IMG/VR virus record: IMGVR_UViG_3300021387_000072
Location: 32,001 to 96,000 of that record
Reading direction: 5' to 3' (one strand)
DNA from: a virus
Taxonomy: Duplodnaviria > Caudoviricetes
Length of the DNA stretch: 64,000 nucleotides
In this document: piece by piece, positions 43,732-52,910 of the stretch
Layout: each line of letters starts with the position of its first letter
Position numbering within the stretch: the stretch's first letter is position 1
Translations under genes and position numbers: made by a program
The notes under the pieces: model-generated
Databases searched by the model: none
What the model was told of the DNA's origin: nothing
What the model saw: the letters and a program-made list of their open reading frames with translations, nothing else

Positions 43732-46530
43732 TTGCCGAAGAAAAGTTACTTGTCAGAGCAAATCTACTTAATGTCCCTGACCACAAGTGATTTGTTCACA
43801 AATGAGGAATGGGAGGTATACCAAAGAATATGTCAACGTAGCAATGAGATCGATTATGAAGATGAACAACTGAAGAACGACAAACTCCATGACCCGTCCC
43901 TGAGACTGCAGAAGATCGCAGAGAAGAAAAGCGCTCAGAAAGAGCTTGACGAACTTATTGCATCGCATCAGGGAAAACCAAGACAAGTAAGACTTGAAAG
44001 CATAGTAGACACCAGAAAGACCAACAAAAGAATACCAAACGGCATAACATGGGAAATATTAAAGCCATCCAGAAAAATTGCTGAGTTCTCATCTGAGATG
44101 AGTCGCGCCATGAACCTCCAGAATAAGGACGTAACTTTTGATAAAGTCGTTCTTAAATGGAAGTCAGAGGACATACTCAAGCAGGTTATACTGGATGGCT
44201 TTGATGTACCGGTTATAAACGACAAGAATGAAGTCGTAAACAAGCATTACATATTTGTTACGGCAAGTGCAGGACAATTGAGGACTGACAGAGTATCCTG
44301 CTTCGAAGAAAATGAATGGAAAAGGATCAGTCCAAGAATCATGTGCGGCCTCACCTTTGATGAAATCAACAGACGAGGCGGCATAAACGTAAATAAGCTT
44401 CTTGCTTATATTGCGCTGGCAAGCAGTGCAACGATACCATGGCTTGACTTCGATATTGACAGATCCATCGTAATAGATGACTTTGAAGCACCGGTTACTG
44501 CTGAATCTTATTATATTGATAAGCAATATAACATTAAGAAAGGCATTAACACGACAATCATCAATCATATTGACGGATGCGGAATGATGCTTCCATGCGT
44601 AATGAGAAAAAATACGATGGTCAGATTGCCTTTTATTAAGGGCCTCTTGGCTAGCTTTGACTACATAAAGTTCTGTGAGGTTAATAAATGCGAAGCAAAG
44701 ATCAAAGACTTGTACGGCGTTGAACATGACCTGATTAAAGAGAATATTCAGATTATCTTCACGAAAAGTCAGTTCAAACTGTGGAAGTATTACGATTCAT
44801 GGGATCATTACAAGAAATGCTTCAAGGAAAACAATTGCCAGGCTTGTTACACAAATATGGAAGAAGATTATTTCCCGGACAAGAATCTCTGCTATCAGTT
44901 TATACAGACTCTGGTAGACTTCAAAGACGAGGAAATAGACGAATTTACCAGTGAAACTTACGAGAAAATCAAAAGTATAGCCACAAATCAGGAATCAATG
45001 CTGAGATGCCTTAAAGCAGATGAGGACTCCGAAGATGCTTATAAAAGGTGTCTTTCTTTGTATCCGGAACTACTGCGTGAAGCATATACAAAACAGACAA
45101 TCAAAGATATCAAGAAGAAATGGACGCTCGATGCGAAGTCAGGAAGAATAAGACGGGACGGTAAAAGATTGTTTGCTATACCGGACTGGTATGCTGCATG
45201 TGAATATTACTTTCTCGGCATAAAGGAACCTGAAGGACTTCTGAAAGCGGATGAGGTAGCCTGTAAGATTTACAGAAATAGAGATGTGGTAGACTGCCTC
45301 AGATCACCTCATCTTTACATGGAACATGCTCTCCGTAAGGTTGTGAAGGATCAGAATATCTACAACTGGTTCTATACCAACGGTATTTATACCAGTGTAA
45401 AAGATTCTATCACAAAAATCCTGGCATTCGATTGCGACGGAGACCAAATACATGTGCTTGCTGATCCGCTGATCATCAATATAGCAGAGAGAAATATTGA
45501 GAAAATGAAAATACTTCCTCTGTTCTTTGATCTTGGCAAAGCAGGCAACCACGAGCTTTCCAGACTTGAATTCTTTGAAGGTGTAAGACGCGCACACGAA
45601 TATAGCGGCATCGGTCAGGTAAGCAATTCCCTGACAAAGTTATGGAATAGCACAAAACCTGATACAGATTCGGCAGCGTTGTTAACTTATTTTAACAATG
45701 TGGTCATTGATGCCGCCAAAACAGGTGACTATAACACATACGAAAAGTATCCGGCAATCAAGAAGAAGGTCAACAAAGCCATAGGCGGTAAGAATAATAA
45801 GATGCCATACTTCTTCCAGTTCTCAAAGAATGGAAGAAGGTTTCTTAATGTTCCGAAGTCTGAACGCAAGGAATATCTTAAACCAAACGACAGCACTATG
45901 AACCGCATATGTGCAAAGTTTGACAGCATAGGCAATATCAATATGAATTTTGCCAATGTACCGCCACTGAATTGGCAGATGTTGATCATGGATGATAAGA
46001 CAGAATACATCCAGAAAGCTGTAGAGATATTCGTTGAACTCGACAATGAAGGAAAGAGCATTATTGTATCCACAAAGCAGGAAGAAACCGATAAGAGCGA
46101 ACAGAAGCTGGCTACGATTATTGATTTCGTTAAGCAGGATATAGAAAGTGAGCTTATAAAGAATTTCGGTTCACTTGAGAAGTGTTATCCATCCATTGTG
46201 AAGTATCTCTTTGCCGGTCAGAATGCCAACAAGGTATCGCATAAGCAAATGTTTTGGAAATTATTCGGTGATATAGCTGAAAGGAACATCGAAGAGAACC
46301 TGAAAACATATACCATATGCGATAACTGCGGCATGAAAATACCATCATGGACAAACAATCACAGCTGTCCAAAGAATGCAACAGGCTTCTATGAATGCTG
46401 TGACTGCGGAGCATGGTGTGAGAGAACCAACTCAAGAGAGATTCGATGTGCAGACTGCAATGCGGAATACAGAGCGTTGCAGAACAGATTAAGCCATAAG
46501 AAAAGATATATACCAAGAAAAAAGAAATAA
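43732..46530 (+). CDS. Single-subunit YonO-like RNA polymerase 2 with C-terminal zinc ribbons
   Basis: TASAGQLR, DGCGM, RLPFIKG, LRSPH, catalytic FDCDGD, IDAAKT; C-terminal CxxC pairs; GGAGGTG RBS favours TTG at 43732 over ATG at 43666, which lies inside the promoter motif. Confidence 0.85.
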   Translation: MPKKSYLSEQIYLMSLTTSDLFTNEEWEVYQRICQRSNEIDYEDEQLKNDKLHDPSLRLQKIAEKKSAQKELDELIASHQGKPRQVRLESIVDTRKTNKRIPNGITWEILKPSRKIAEFSSEMSRAMNLQNKDVTFDKVVLKWKSEDILKQVILDGFDVPVINDKNEVVNKHYIFVTASAGQLRTDRVSCFEENEWKRISPRIMCGLTFDEINRRGGINVNKLLAYIALASSATIPWLDFDIDRSIVIDDFEAPVTAESYYIDKQYNIKKGINTTIINHIDGCGMMLPCVMRKNTMVRLPFIKGLLASFDYIKFCEVNKCEAKIKDLYGVEHDLIKENIQIIFTKSQFKLWKYYDSWDHYKKCFKENNCQACYTNMEEDYFPDKNLCYQFIQTLVDFKDEEIDEFTSETYEKIKSIATNQESMLRCLKADEDSEDAYKRCLSLYPELLREAYTKQTIKDIKKKWTLDAKSGRIRRDGKRLFAIPDWYAACEYYFLGIKEPEGLLKADEVACKIYRNRDVVDCLRSPHLYMEHALRKVVKDQNIYNWFYTNGIYTSVKDSITKILAFDCDGDQIHVLADPLIINIAERNIEKMKILPLFFDLGKAGNHELSRLEFFEGVRRAHEYSGIGQVSNSLTKLWNSTKPDTDSAALLTYFNNVVIDAAKTGDYNTYEKYPAIKKKVNKAIGGKNNKMPYFFQFSKNGRRFLNVPKSERKEYLKPNDSTMNRICAKFDSIGNINMNFANVPPLNWQMLIMDDKTEYIQKAVEIFVELDNEGKSIIVSTKQEETDKSEQKLATIIDFVKQDIESELIKNFGSLEKCYPSIVKYLFAGQNANKVSHKQMFWKLFGDIAERNIEENLKTYTICDNCGMKIPSWTNNHSCPKNATGFYECCDCGAWCERTNSREIRCADCNAEYRALQNRLSHKKRYIPRKKK

Positions 46531-46543
46531 AGGTTTTGACGAT

Positions 46544-47104
46544 ATGTATTTTCTTGCAATAGTAGGTGACCCGGATATCAAGGTTGGCAACTGGGTTCCA
46601 TCCTACGTTCTGTGTAGGACGAAGGTAACGTCCGAACACAGAACTGGATGGAGAGTCATAGACGCGAACGGTAAGTTCCGTGACCATCCAAAGATTCTGG
46701 TGAAGACAATAGATGACAAAGATTATATGATTGATTTTCTGAGTAAATTCAGAACCCGCAAACACAGGCACGACAGTAAGAAGTATAGAAAGAAGAATAC
46801 TAAGAAGTTTTATCCTTCCGGTATGCTGTGCTGGTTTGAATGCGACAGATATGGAAGATCTACAGGCCAGGTAATTCTTATAAAGAGAGTACCTGATATG
46901 TCTCTCAAACGTGAAGGCATGGACTGTGGTAAGAAGATTCTGGAAAACCATCAGAACAAGATTCCAAACGCAAAAGAGATATTCAATCATACAGATAGCA
47001 TTCTGCTTGCGGAATCTGGTGTCAAATGCCAGATTCCGCAGAAGATAAAGAAAAAGAAGCAATGGAATCCATGGCTTTTTAGAAAGGAAAATACTTATGG
47101 GTGA
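46544..47104 (+). CDS. Basic hypothetical protein
   Basis: 186-aa ORF in the operon. Confidence 0.6.
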   Translation: MYFLAIVGDPDIKVGNWVPSYVLCRTKVTSEHRTGWRVIDANGKFRDHPKILVKTIDDKDYMIDFLSKFRTRKHRHDSKKYRKKNTKKFYPSGMLCWFECDRYGRSTGQVILIKRVPDMSLKREGMDCGKKILENHQNKIPNAKEIFNHTDSILLAESGVKCQIPQKIKKKKQWNPWLFRKENTYG

Positions 47105-47876
47105 AATGTTGTATAATTTTACGATTAATAGTACCACAACAGATGGCAATCAGTTGAATTACCTGAACGGAATCAATGCTCTGGAGGAACTCTGGAATAA
47201 TAAAATTACAGATGGACCTCTCCTTACGCTGGATAACACAGCAGGCAAGTCCGATTTCTCCAGGGTGAACAATAAAACAGGCAAAGACGGCGATGGAGAT
47301 TACTATGACTCCTCCAAGCTGATGTATCCGTATTCGAATATCTCAATACCGGCATACAAAATCATTATGAATCCAAGTCTGTTTGAACCAATGAAGGAAG
47401 AAAAATCCTTTCCTCCAATTCCTGAACTCATTCGTCAGAATGGACCTGCAACCATCGTCCACTGGACTGATGGAACAAAGACCACAGTCAAGATGTGCAA
47501 AGAAGATAAGGAAGCCAATGCAGAAAACAATATCTACACCGCATTCTGTATCGCCTTTGCAAAGAAATGCTTCGGAACAAACTCCATGCTTCACAGAATC
47601 GTAGATTATTGTGACGAGGAGAATGTTCTCGAACGCAAGGCAAAGCTTGAAAAGGAAGCAAAGGAACGCGCTGCCAGAATCGCTGAGAAGAGGCGTATGC
47701 GCAGAATTAAGAAGAAGGCAAAACAAATCTCGGAACTTGGCGATGCTTATGTATATCTGGCAAAGAAAGATCTTGGGTCAATCGCGTCCAGCATGAAGAG
47801 CAAAGGCAGTTCTGATGACGAGATAGCCAAGGAAATTGATGATCTTGTCAAAGAAATACTCGGAGGAAAGAAATAA
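47097..47876 (+). CDS. Hypothetical phage protein
   Basis: NGPATIVHWTDGTKTTVK...AFAKK motif, common in phage hypotheticals; AAGGA RBS. Confidence 0.65.
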   Translation: MGEMLYNFTINSTTTDGNQLNYLNGINALEELWNNKITDGPLLTLDNTAGKSDFSRVNNKTGKDGDGDYYDSSKLMYPYSNISIPAYKIIMNPSLFEPMKEEKSFPPIPELIRQNGPATIVHWTDGTKTTVKMCKEDKEANAENNIYTAFCIAFAKKCFGTNSMLHRIVDYCDEENVLERKAKLEKEAKERAARIAEKRRMRRIKKKAKQISELGDAYVYLAKKDLGSIASSMKSKGSSDDEIAKEIDDLVKEILGGKK

Positions 47877-48607
47877 TGTCGAAGAACAGATTTTTGATGC
47901 TCAGTACCATTGACTGCAAAGATCATATTGAAATAATTAAGCAAAAGAACAAAGACGGTACTATAAAAGAACTCAGTTACCTGTCATGGGCATGGGCATG
48001 GATGGAATTCAAAAAGATCTTCCCCAAGTCCTACTATACAGTATATGAAAATCCAGAAGGAAACATCTATTACACAGATGGAAAAACCTGCTGGGTAAAG
48101 ACCGGTGTCACACTGGTGGATGATGACCCTGACGATCCATTCGAACAGGAACTCATCGAACGTCTGTATATCATGGACTACAAGAATGACAGTATCCCTC
48201 TTGAAAGGGTTACTAGTAAGGACGTTAACACAACAATTCAGCGCTCTATTACCAAAGCAATCGCAAGGCATGGACTTGGAACCTACATCTATGCAGGTGA
48301 AGATATCCCCATGGAGACAGACGAGATGAAGGAAAAGCGTCTGGAAGAGGAAAAGAAGAAGGCGGCAATTGCTGAACAGCTTGACGTGCTTCGCAAGTCC
48401 ATTACAGCCAGCGGCAAGGCAATAACGGCAGATATGAGTTTGGCAGAGAAAGCGGAATTCTTCCAGGATGTATTCAGTTCCACCATTGGTATGACGAATC
48501 ACATGCTGTGCGAAGATGTGGAGAAACTGAAGACTCTCGATAACATACTTAAGGAAAAGCTTGCATCAACACCTAAAACCAAGAAAACCAAGAAGACAGC
48601 AGAATAA
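47876..48607 (+). CDS. Sak/Rad52-like single-strand annealing protein (DUF1071-type)
   Basis: YLSWAWAW, TDGKTCWVKTGVT and IQRSITKAIARHGLG.YIYAGED motifs; upstream of ssb. Confidence 0.85.
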   Translation: MSKNRFLMLSTIDCKDHIEIIKQKNKDGTIKELSYLSWAWAWMEFKKIFPKSYYTVYENPEGNIYYTDGKTCWVKTGVTLVDDDPDDPFEQELIERLYIMDYKNDSIPLERVTSKDVNTTIQRSITKAIARHGLGTYIYAGEDIPMETDEMKEKRLEEEKKKAAIAEQLDVLRKSITASGKAITADMSLAEKAEFFQDVFSSTIGMTNHMLCEDVEKLKTLDNILKEKLASTPKTKKTKKTAE

Positions 48608-48621
48608 GGAGATAAAAAACA

Positions 48622-49023
48622 ATGGCAGCTTATGTATTCTTTAATGGAAATCTTACCAAGGACCCTGTGCAGAGGACAGTTAGCGATCGTACTGTGACCA
48701 CCTTCTCCGTGGCAACTGATACCACAAGAAAGGATCAGGCCGGGAAGTACATCACCAACTTCTTTGATGTTTCTGTCTGGGGTAATTCTGGTAACTATGT
48801 GATGAACAATGCTGAAAAGGGTACCAATGTAAACGTCATCGGTGAACTCACTGTAGAAGACTACACAGATAAGAATGGTGTTGCTCGCAAGGCTGTGAGG
48901 ATTACTGCAAATAATGTGCAGATCCTCGCAAGGAAGAAGTCTGCAGGCGGCGAAGCATCAGGCTCCAAGGCAGAAAGCAAAGTCGAAGAGGCAACTCAGT
49001 CAAAGAACGACCTCCCATTCTAA
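48622..49023 (+). CDS. ssb: Single-stranded DNA-binding protein 2
   Basis: GNLTKDP, FSVATD, FFDVSVWG and KGT.V.V.GEL motifs; C-terminal DLPF. Confidence 0.9.
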   Translation: MAAYVFFNGNLTKDPVQRTVSDRTVTTFSVATDTTRKDQAGKYITNFFDVSVWGNSGNYVMNNAEKGTNVNVIGELTVEDYTDKNGVARKAVRITANNVQILARKKSAGGEASGSKAESKVEEATQSKNDLPF

Positions 49024-49037
49024 GGATATGACTGCAA

Positions 49038-50882
49038 GTGGAAGTATCTCTGGAATATGCAATCATAGACTTTGCTGATAAATATCTGGGTGAATACAGG
49101 ATTAAACGTGATGAACTCATACCAACTTACTGCCCGTACTGTGATGGCGGCAAGTACAGAGATAAAGAAACATTTGCAATAAACCTTGATACTGGTACAT
49201 GGAATTGCATGCGCGGGAAGTGCGGAAAGACAGGCACTTTCCGCGCATTATGTAATGACTTCGCTCAAGGTGAATACAAAATAAATAGAATGGAGAAAAA
49301 AACAATGTCTAAAGTGGAATATTATGACCTCCCAGAAGTGGATATCCTTGATCGTACAGATGAAGTGAACAAGTATTTTGCCTCTAGAAGAATTAGTGAA
49401 GAAACATTAGATGCTTTTGGAATCGGTTGTGATGAACATGGCAACATTGTTTTCCCGTTCTATCGGAACAACGTGCTTACCTATGTTAAGTACCGCAAAC
49501 CGTGCAAACATGATAAAGCATCCCGTACTCCTAAAGAATGGCAGATTAGCAACACAGAACCTATTCTCTTCGGTATGGACAATGTATCTTTCCAGAAGAA
49601 GCTCTATATCACAGAAGGACAGATTGATGCTCTGAGCCTGTATGAAGCTGGCATCACCAACGTTGTGTCTGTTCCTTGCGGCTGTGATAATATGGAATGG
49701 ATTGAAACTTGCAAGGATTGGCTTGAGAATTTCTCTGAGATCGTCATCTTCGGAGATAACGATGAACCTGGTATCAGGATGCAGCGCTCTGTCATGAAGC
49801 GTCTTGGCGACGATGTGTGCATGCTTCCTCCTGAATACCCTGAACTGATCTATGATGGCAATGATTATGGCAGACTTTGCAAGGATGCCAATGAGATCCT
49901 TATCGCATACGGCGAAGAAGAACTGTATAACATCGCCGAACGTTGCGAGCCTGCTCCTATTAGGGGTCTCATTAAGCTCAGCAGTGTAAAGTATGTTGAT
50001 CCAAGTCTTAAGCCTGTGCTGAGCACTGGTGTTCAGGATCTTGATCTGAGCATTGGCGGCTTCGGTTATGGTGACCTGGTTGTGGTGTCAGGTGGGCGTG
50101 GATCCGGTAAGTCTACTATCACTGGCAAGTTCCTGCTCAATGCGGTTGATGAAGGTATCTCTGTATGTGCTTACAGCGCAGAACTCAGTGCTTCCAGCTT
50201 CCTTAACAGCATCGTGCTTCAGGCAACTGAACGCAAGTATGTTGAGTATCGCAGGAGCAAGCTCACCGGTAAGAACTATCCTGTTGTCTCTGATGAAATT
50301 CAGGAACGCATTCAGAACTGGCTTGGCGATAAGTTCATCCTGTATGATAATCAAGATTGGGATGACGATGATTTCAGCACTCCCGTCGAAGACAAGATGC
50401 TCAGACTCTTCAAGGCTGCTGTGAAGCGGTATCATGCAAAGGTATTCCTCGTAGATAACCTGATGACCCTTGCCAGCGGACGTGAAGATGAGCTTGCCGC
50501 TCAGACGAAGATCACTCTGATGTTGAAGAAGTTCGCCGTAAAGTATGGCGTTATTGTTCTGCTTGTGGCGCATCCAAGGAAAACCAAGCCCGGTATGGCT
50601 ATGACCAATGATGATGTGGCAGGCTCTGCCAATATCACCAATCTGGCTGACACCGTGCTGAATATTGAACGTCCTAATATCCGTGTTATGAAGAACAGAC
50701 TCGATGGAGATCTGAACCTGATCTATTGTGATTACGATCCCACCAATAAGCGTATCTTCCAGAGCAATATGGGCGATACCAAGGTGTATGGCTGGGATCA
50801 TACTGGCATCAAGGAACCCAAGTATCAGGCTATGAACCTCAAGGAGTTTGCAATTATTCACAATAATGACCAACCTATTTAA
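49038..50882 (+). CDS. Bifunctional primase-helicase (T7 gp4/Twinkle-like)
   Basis: Zn finger CPYC..C...C; TOPRIM TEGQIDA, DND and KDANE; SF4 helicase GGRGSGKS, VDNL, VAHPRK and KNR. Confidence 0.9.
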   Translation: MEVSLEYAIIDFADKYLGEYRIKRDELIPTYCPYCDGGKYRDKETFAINLDTGTWNCMRGKCGKTGTFRALCNDFAQGEYKINRMEKKTMSKVEYYDLPEVDILDRTDEVNKYFASRRISEETLDAFGIGCDEHGNIVFPFYRNNVLTYVKYRKPCKHDKASRTPKEWQISNTEPILFGMDNVSFQKKLYITEGQIDALSLYEAGITNVVSVPCGCDNMEWIETCKDWLENFSEIVIFGDNDEPGIRMQRSVMKRLGDDVCMLPPEYPELIYDGNDYGRLCKDANEILIAYGEEELYNIAERCEPAPIRGLIKLSSVKYVDPSLKPVLSTGVQDLDLSIGGFGYGDLVVVSGGRGSGKSTITGKFLLNAVDEGISVCAYSAELSASSFLNSIVLQATERKYVEYRRSKLTGKNYPVVSDEIQERIQNWLGDKFILYDNQDWDDDDFSTPVEDKMLRLFKAAVKRYHAKVFLVDNLMTLASGREDELAAQTKITLMLKKFAVKYGVIVLLVAHPRKTKPGMAMTNDDVAGSANITNLADTVLNIERPNIRVMKNRLDGDLNLIYCDYDPTNKRIFQSNMGDTKVYGWDHTGIKEPKYQAMNLKEFAIIHNNDQPI

Positions 50883-50939
50883 GTGACTGGAAAGATAGAA
50901 TGCAACGATGAACTCTAGTCGGAAGGAGTTTATCCGAAC

Positions 50940-52118
50940 ATGAAAGACCTTATTGCAAAAGAAAACGACGAATCAGTCGAGGAATATCTCTGGAGAATCG
51001 GAAATAAAAAGATGAACAATGAGTTGACTTGCAGATGGGATGAAATTGCCATGCAGGTCAACTCATTGTTTGATTTGGATTTCTCAGAATCATATTGGCG
51101 AAAGAAATATAAACGTCTTGCTTCGGCCTACAAACAGGCCAAGCAAGACGTTCTTTCTGAAGATGATATTGATTATGATATCTTTGAACAGAAGATGACA
51201 GTGTATCTGCGGGATGAGAAAACTGAATACAGAAAGTACATCAGAAGCGAAGCCCGTCAGGAACGATTCTATAACAGGCTTATAGAAGTTATCAAAGTTA
51301 AAGAGCCTCCAGAGATCAAACATGAATACAAGATATCAGACAGCAAAACTTCTCTCTATGTTTTGCTGTCTGATATTCATTATGGATTAAGTTTCGATAA
51401 TGTATTTGCCAAGTACAATGAAAATGTAGCTGAAGACAGAATTCTGAATTACGCAAATGAGATAGTACATATCGGCAAAAAGACAAACTGTTGCCAAAAT
51501 GCATTGTATGTTTCCTTTTTGGGTGACCTTATAAGCGGAGGCATACATCCATTAATTAAGCTGGAAAACCAGGAAGATATAGTACATCAAACCATAGGCA
51601 TATCAGAATTGCTTGCAAGATTTATAGAAATACTGGCTTCAAATTTCAAAGAAGTTTACATCAACAGTGTGAGCGGGAACCATTCAAGGATTGAACCAAA
51701 CAAAGACCATGCTCCGAAAGGAGAACGTCTTGATGTGATTGTGGAATGGTACTGCAAAGCCACACTCAGTAAGTTTTCGAATGTTCATTTTGTAGACAGC
51801 CCGGATGATACGTTTGCAGAATTTGATATATACAATAAAAAATACTTGGCTATCCATGGAGATTACGATAAGAACTATCAGAAAACCATATCAAAAATAG
51901 CGTCTGCCTTAAACAAAAAAATAGACTATGTTGTTTCAGGTCATCTTCATATACCTCATATTATCTTCGATAAAATGTCTCTGATACAGAATGGTGCAGT
52001 TGTTACAGGCGGTGACGAATATACGCTGAAGAACCGTATGTTTGGACCAGCCTATCAGCTTGTTCTTGCTGTGTCAGAAAATGGAGTAGATGCTGTTTAT
52101 CCTGTAAAACTGGGGTGA
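50940..52118 (+). CDS. Calcineurin-like metallophosphoesterase
   Basis: SDIH, GDLISG, GNH, HGD and GHLH motifs. Confidence 0.85.
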   Translation: MKDLIAKENDESVEEYLWRIGNKKMNNELTCRWDEIAMQVNSLFDLDFSESYWRKKYKRLASAYKQAKQDVLSEDDIDYDIFEQKMTVYLRDEKTEYRKYIRSEARQERFYNRLIEVIKVKEPPEIKHEYKISDSKTSLYVLLSDIHYGLSFDNVFAKYNENVAEDRILNYANEIVHIGKKTNCCQNALYVSFLGDLISGGIHPLIKLENQEDIVHQTIGISELLARFIEILASNFKEVYINSVSGNHSRIEPNKDHAPKGERLDVIVEWYCKATLSKFSNVHFVDSPDDTFAEFDIYNKKYLAIHGDYDKNYQKTISKIASALNKKIDYVVSGHLHIPHIIFDKMSLIQNGAVVTGGDEYTLKNRMFGPAYQLVLAVSENGVDAVYPVKLG

Positions 52119-52122
52119 GTTT

Positions 52123-52896
52123 ATGTCATTGGTTGAAGAAGGACATGTGTACAGCTATAGCCAGCTGACTACATTCTGTGAGTGTCCTTATTCTTTTTAT
52201 ATACAGAAGATAGAGAAGCAGAAACCGGTAGGCAATGCGTTTGCATCTCTCGGAAGTCTGGTTCATGCGCTCATAGATGAATGGGCTACAGGTCTTATTC
52301 CTGCTGAAGATCTTCCTGCGGAATACGAAAGAAGATATAAGGAAGCTGTGCCTGAAGCATGGCCCAGGATGCTTGAGTCAAAAGGGTATTCACAGAAAGC
52401 ATACAATACATGCCTTGATTATTTTGTAAACTTTGATCAGTTTAAAGATTACAGAATACTCGGAACAGAAACCAAGTACAGATCAACCATCAACGGAAGA
52501 CCTTTCGTTGGTGTTGTCGATATGATACTTGAAGATAAGATGACCGGACAACTGATTATACTTGATCATAAAAGCAAGAGTCTGAAAGAATTCAAAAAGA
52601 ACGAAGATGAAATGTATAAACAGCAGTACCTTTATTCTCAATATGTTCATGATGAATATGGTAAGTGGCCTGATCTTCTGGGCTTTAATCTCTTTAAGGA
52701 AAACGGACTCAAAACATTCAGGGATTTTCAGAAGGAAAGGTTTGTAGAAGTTTATACATGGGCCGCAGATACAATCGAGAAGATTGAGAATGCGGACCTG
52801 TTTGATTTCTTCCAGACAATAAACAGTAAATCCAATTTTTACTGCACAGAACTCTGCAATTGCAGAAAGATCTGTCCGAAAGGACAGGGAAGATAA
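52123..52896 (+). CDS. PD-(D/E)XK Cas4/RecB-like exonuclease
   Basis: SYSQL..F..CP, GSLVH, GVVD, LDHKS, QQYLY and three C-terminal Cys for an Fe-S cluster. Confidence 0.85.
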   Translation: MSLVEEGHVYSYSQLTTFCECPYSFYIQKIEKQKPVGNAFASLGSLVHALIDEWATGLIPAEDLPAEYERRYKEAVPEAWPRMLESKGYSQKAYNTCLDYFVNFDQFKDYRILGTETKYRSTINGRPFVGVVDMILEDKMTGQLIILDHKSKSLKEFKKNEDEMYKQQYLYSQYVHDEYGKWPDLLGFNLFKENGLKTFRDFQKERFVEVYTWAADTIEKIENADLFDFFQTINSKSNFYCTELCNCRKICPKGQGR

Positions 52897-52910
52897 ATTA
52901 GATAAGAGGT

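Noticed and set aside
42907-43790. ORFs 42907-43161, 43468-43650 and 43554-43790
   Set aside because: They lack RBSs and run across the structured RNA units and the promoter motif; treated as chance frames.
52123-52896. Cas4 as evidence for a CRISPR-Cas locus
   Set aside because: It is a solo Cas4-like exonuclease inside the replication module, which is common in phages.
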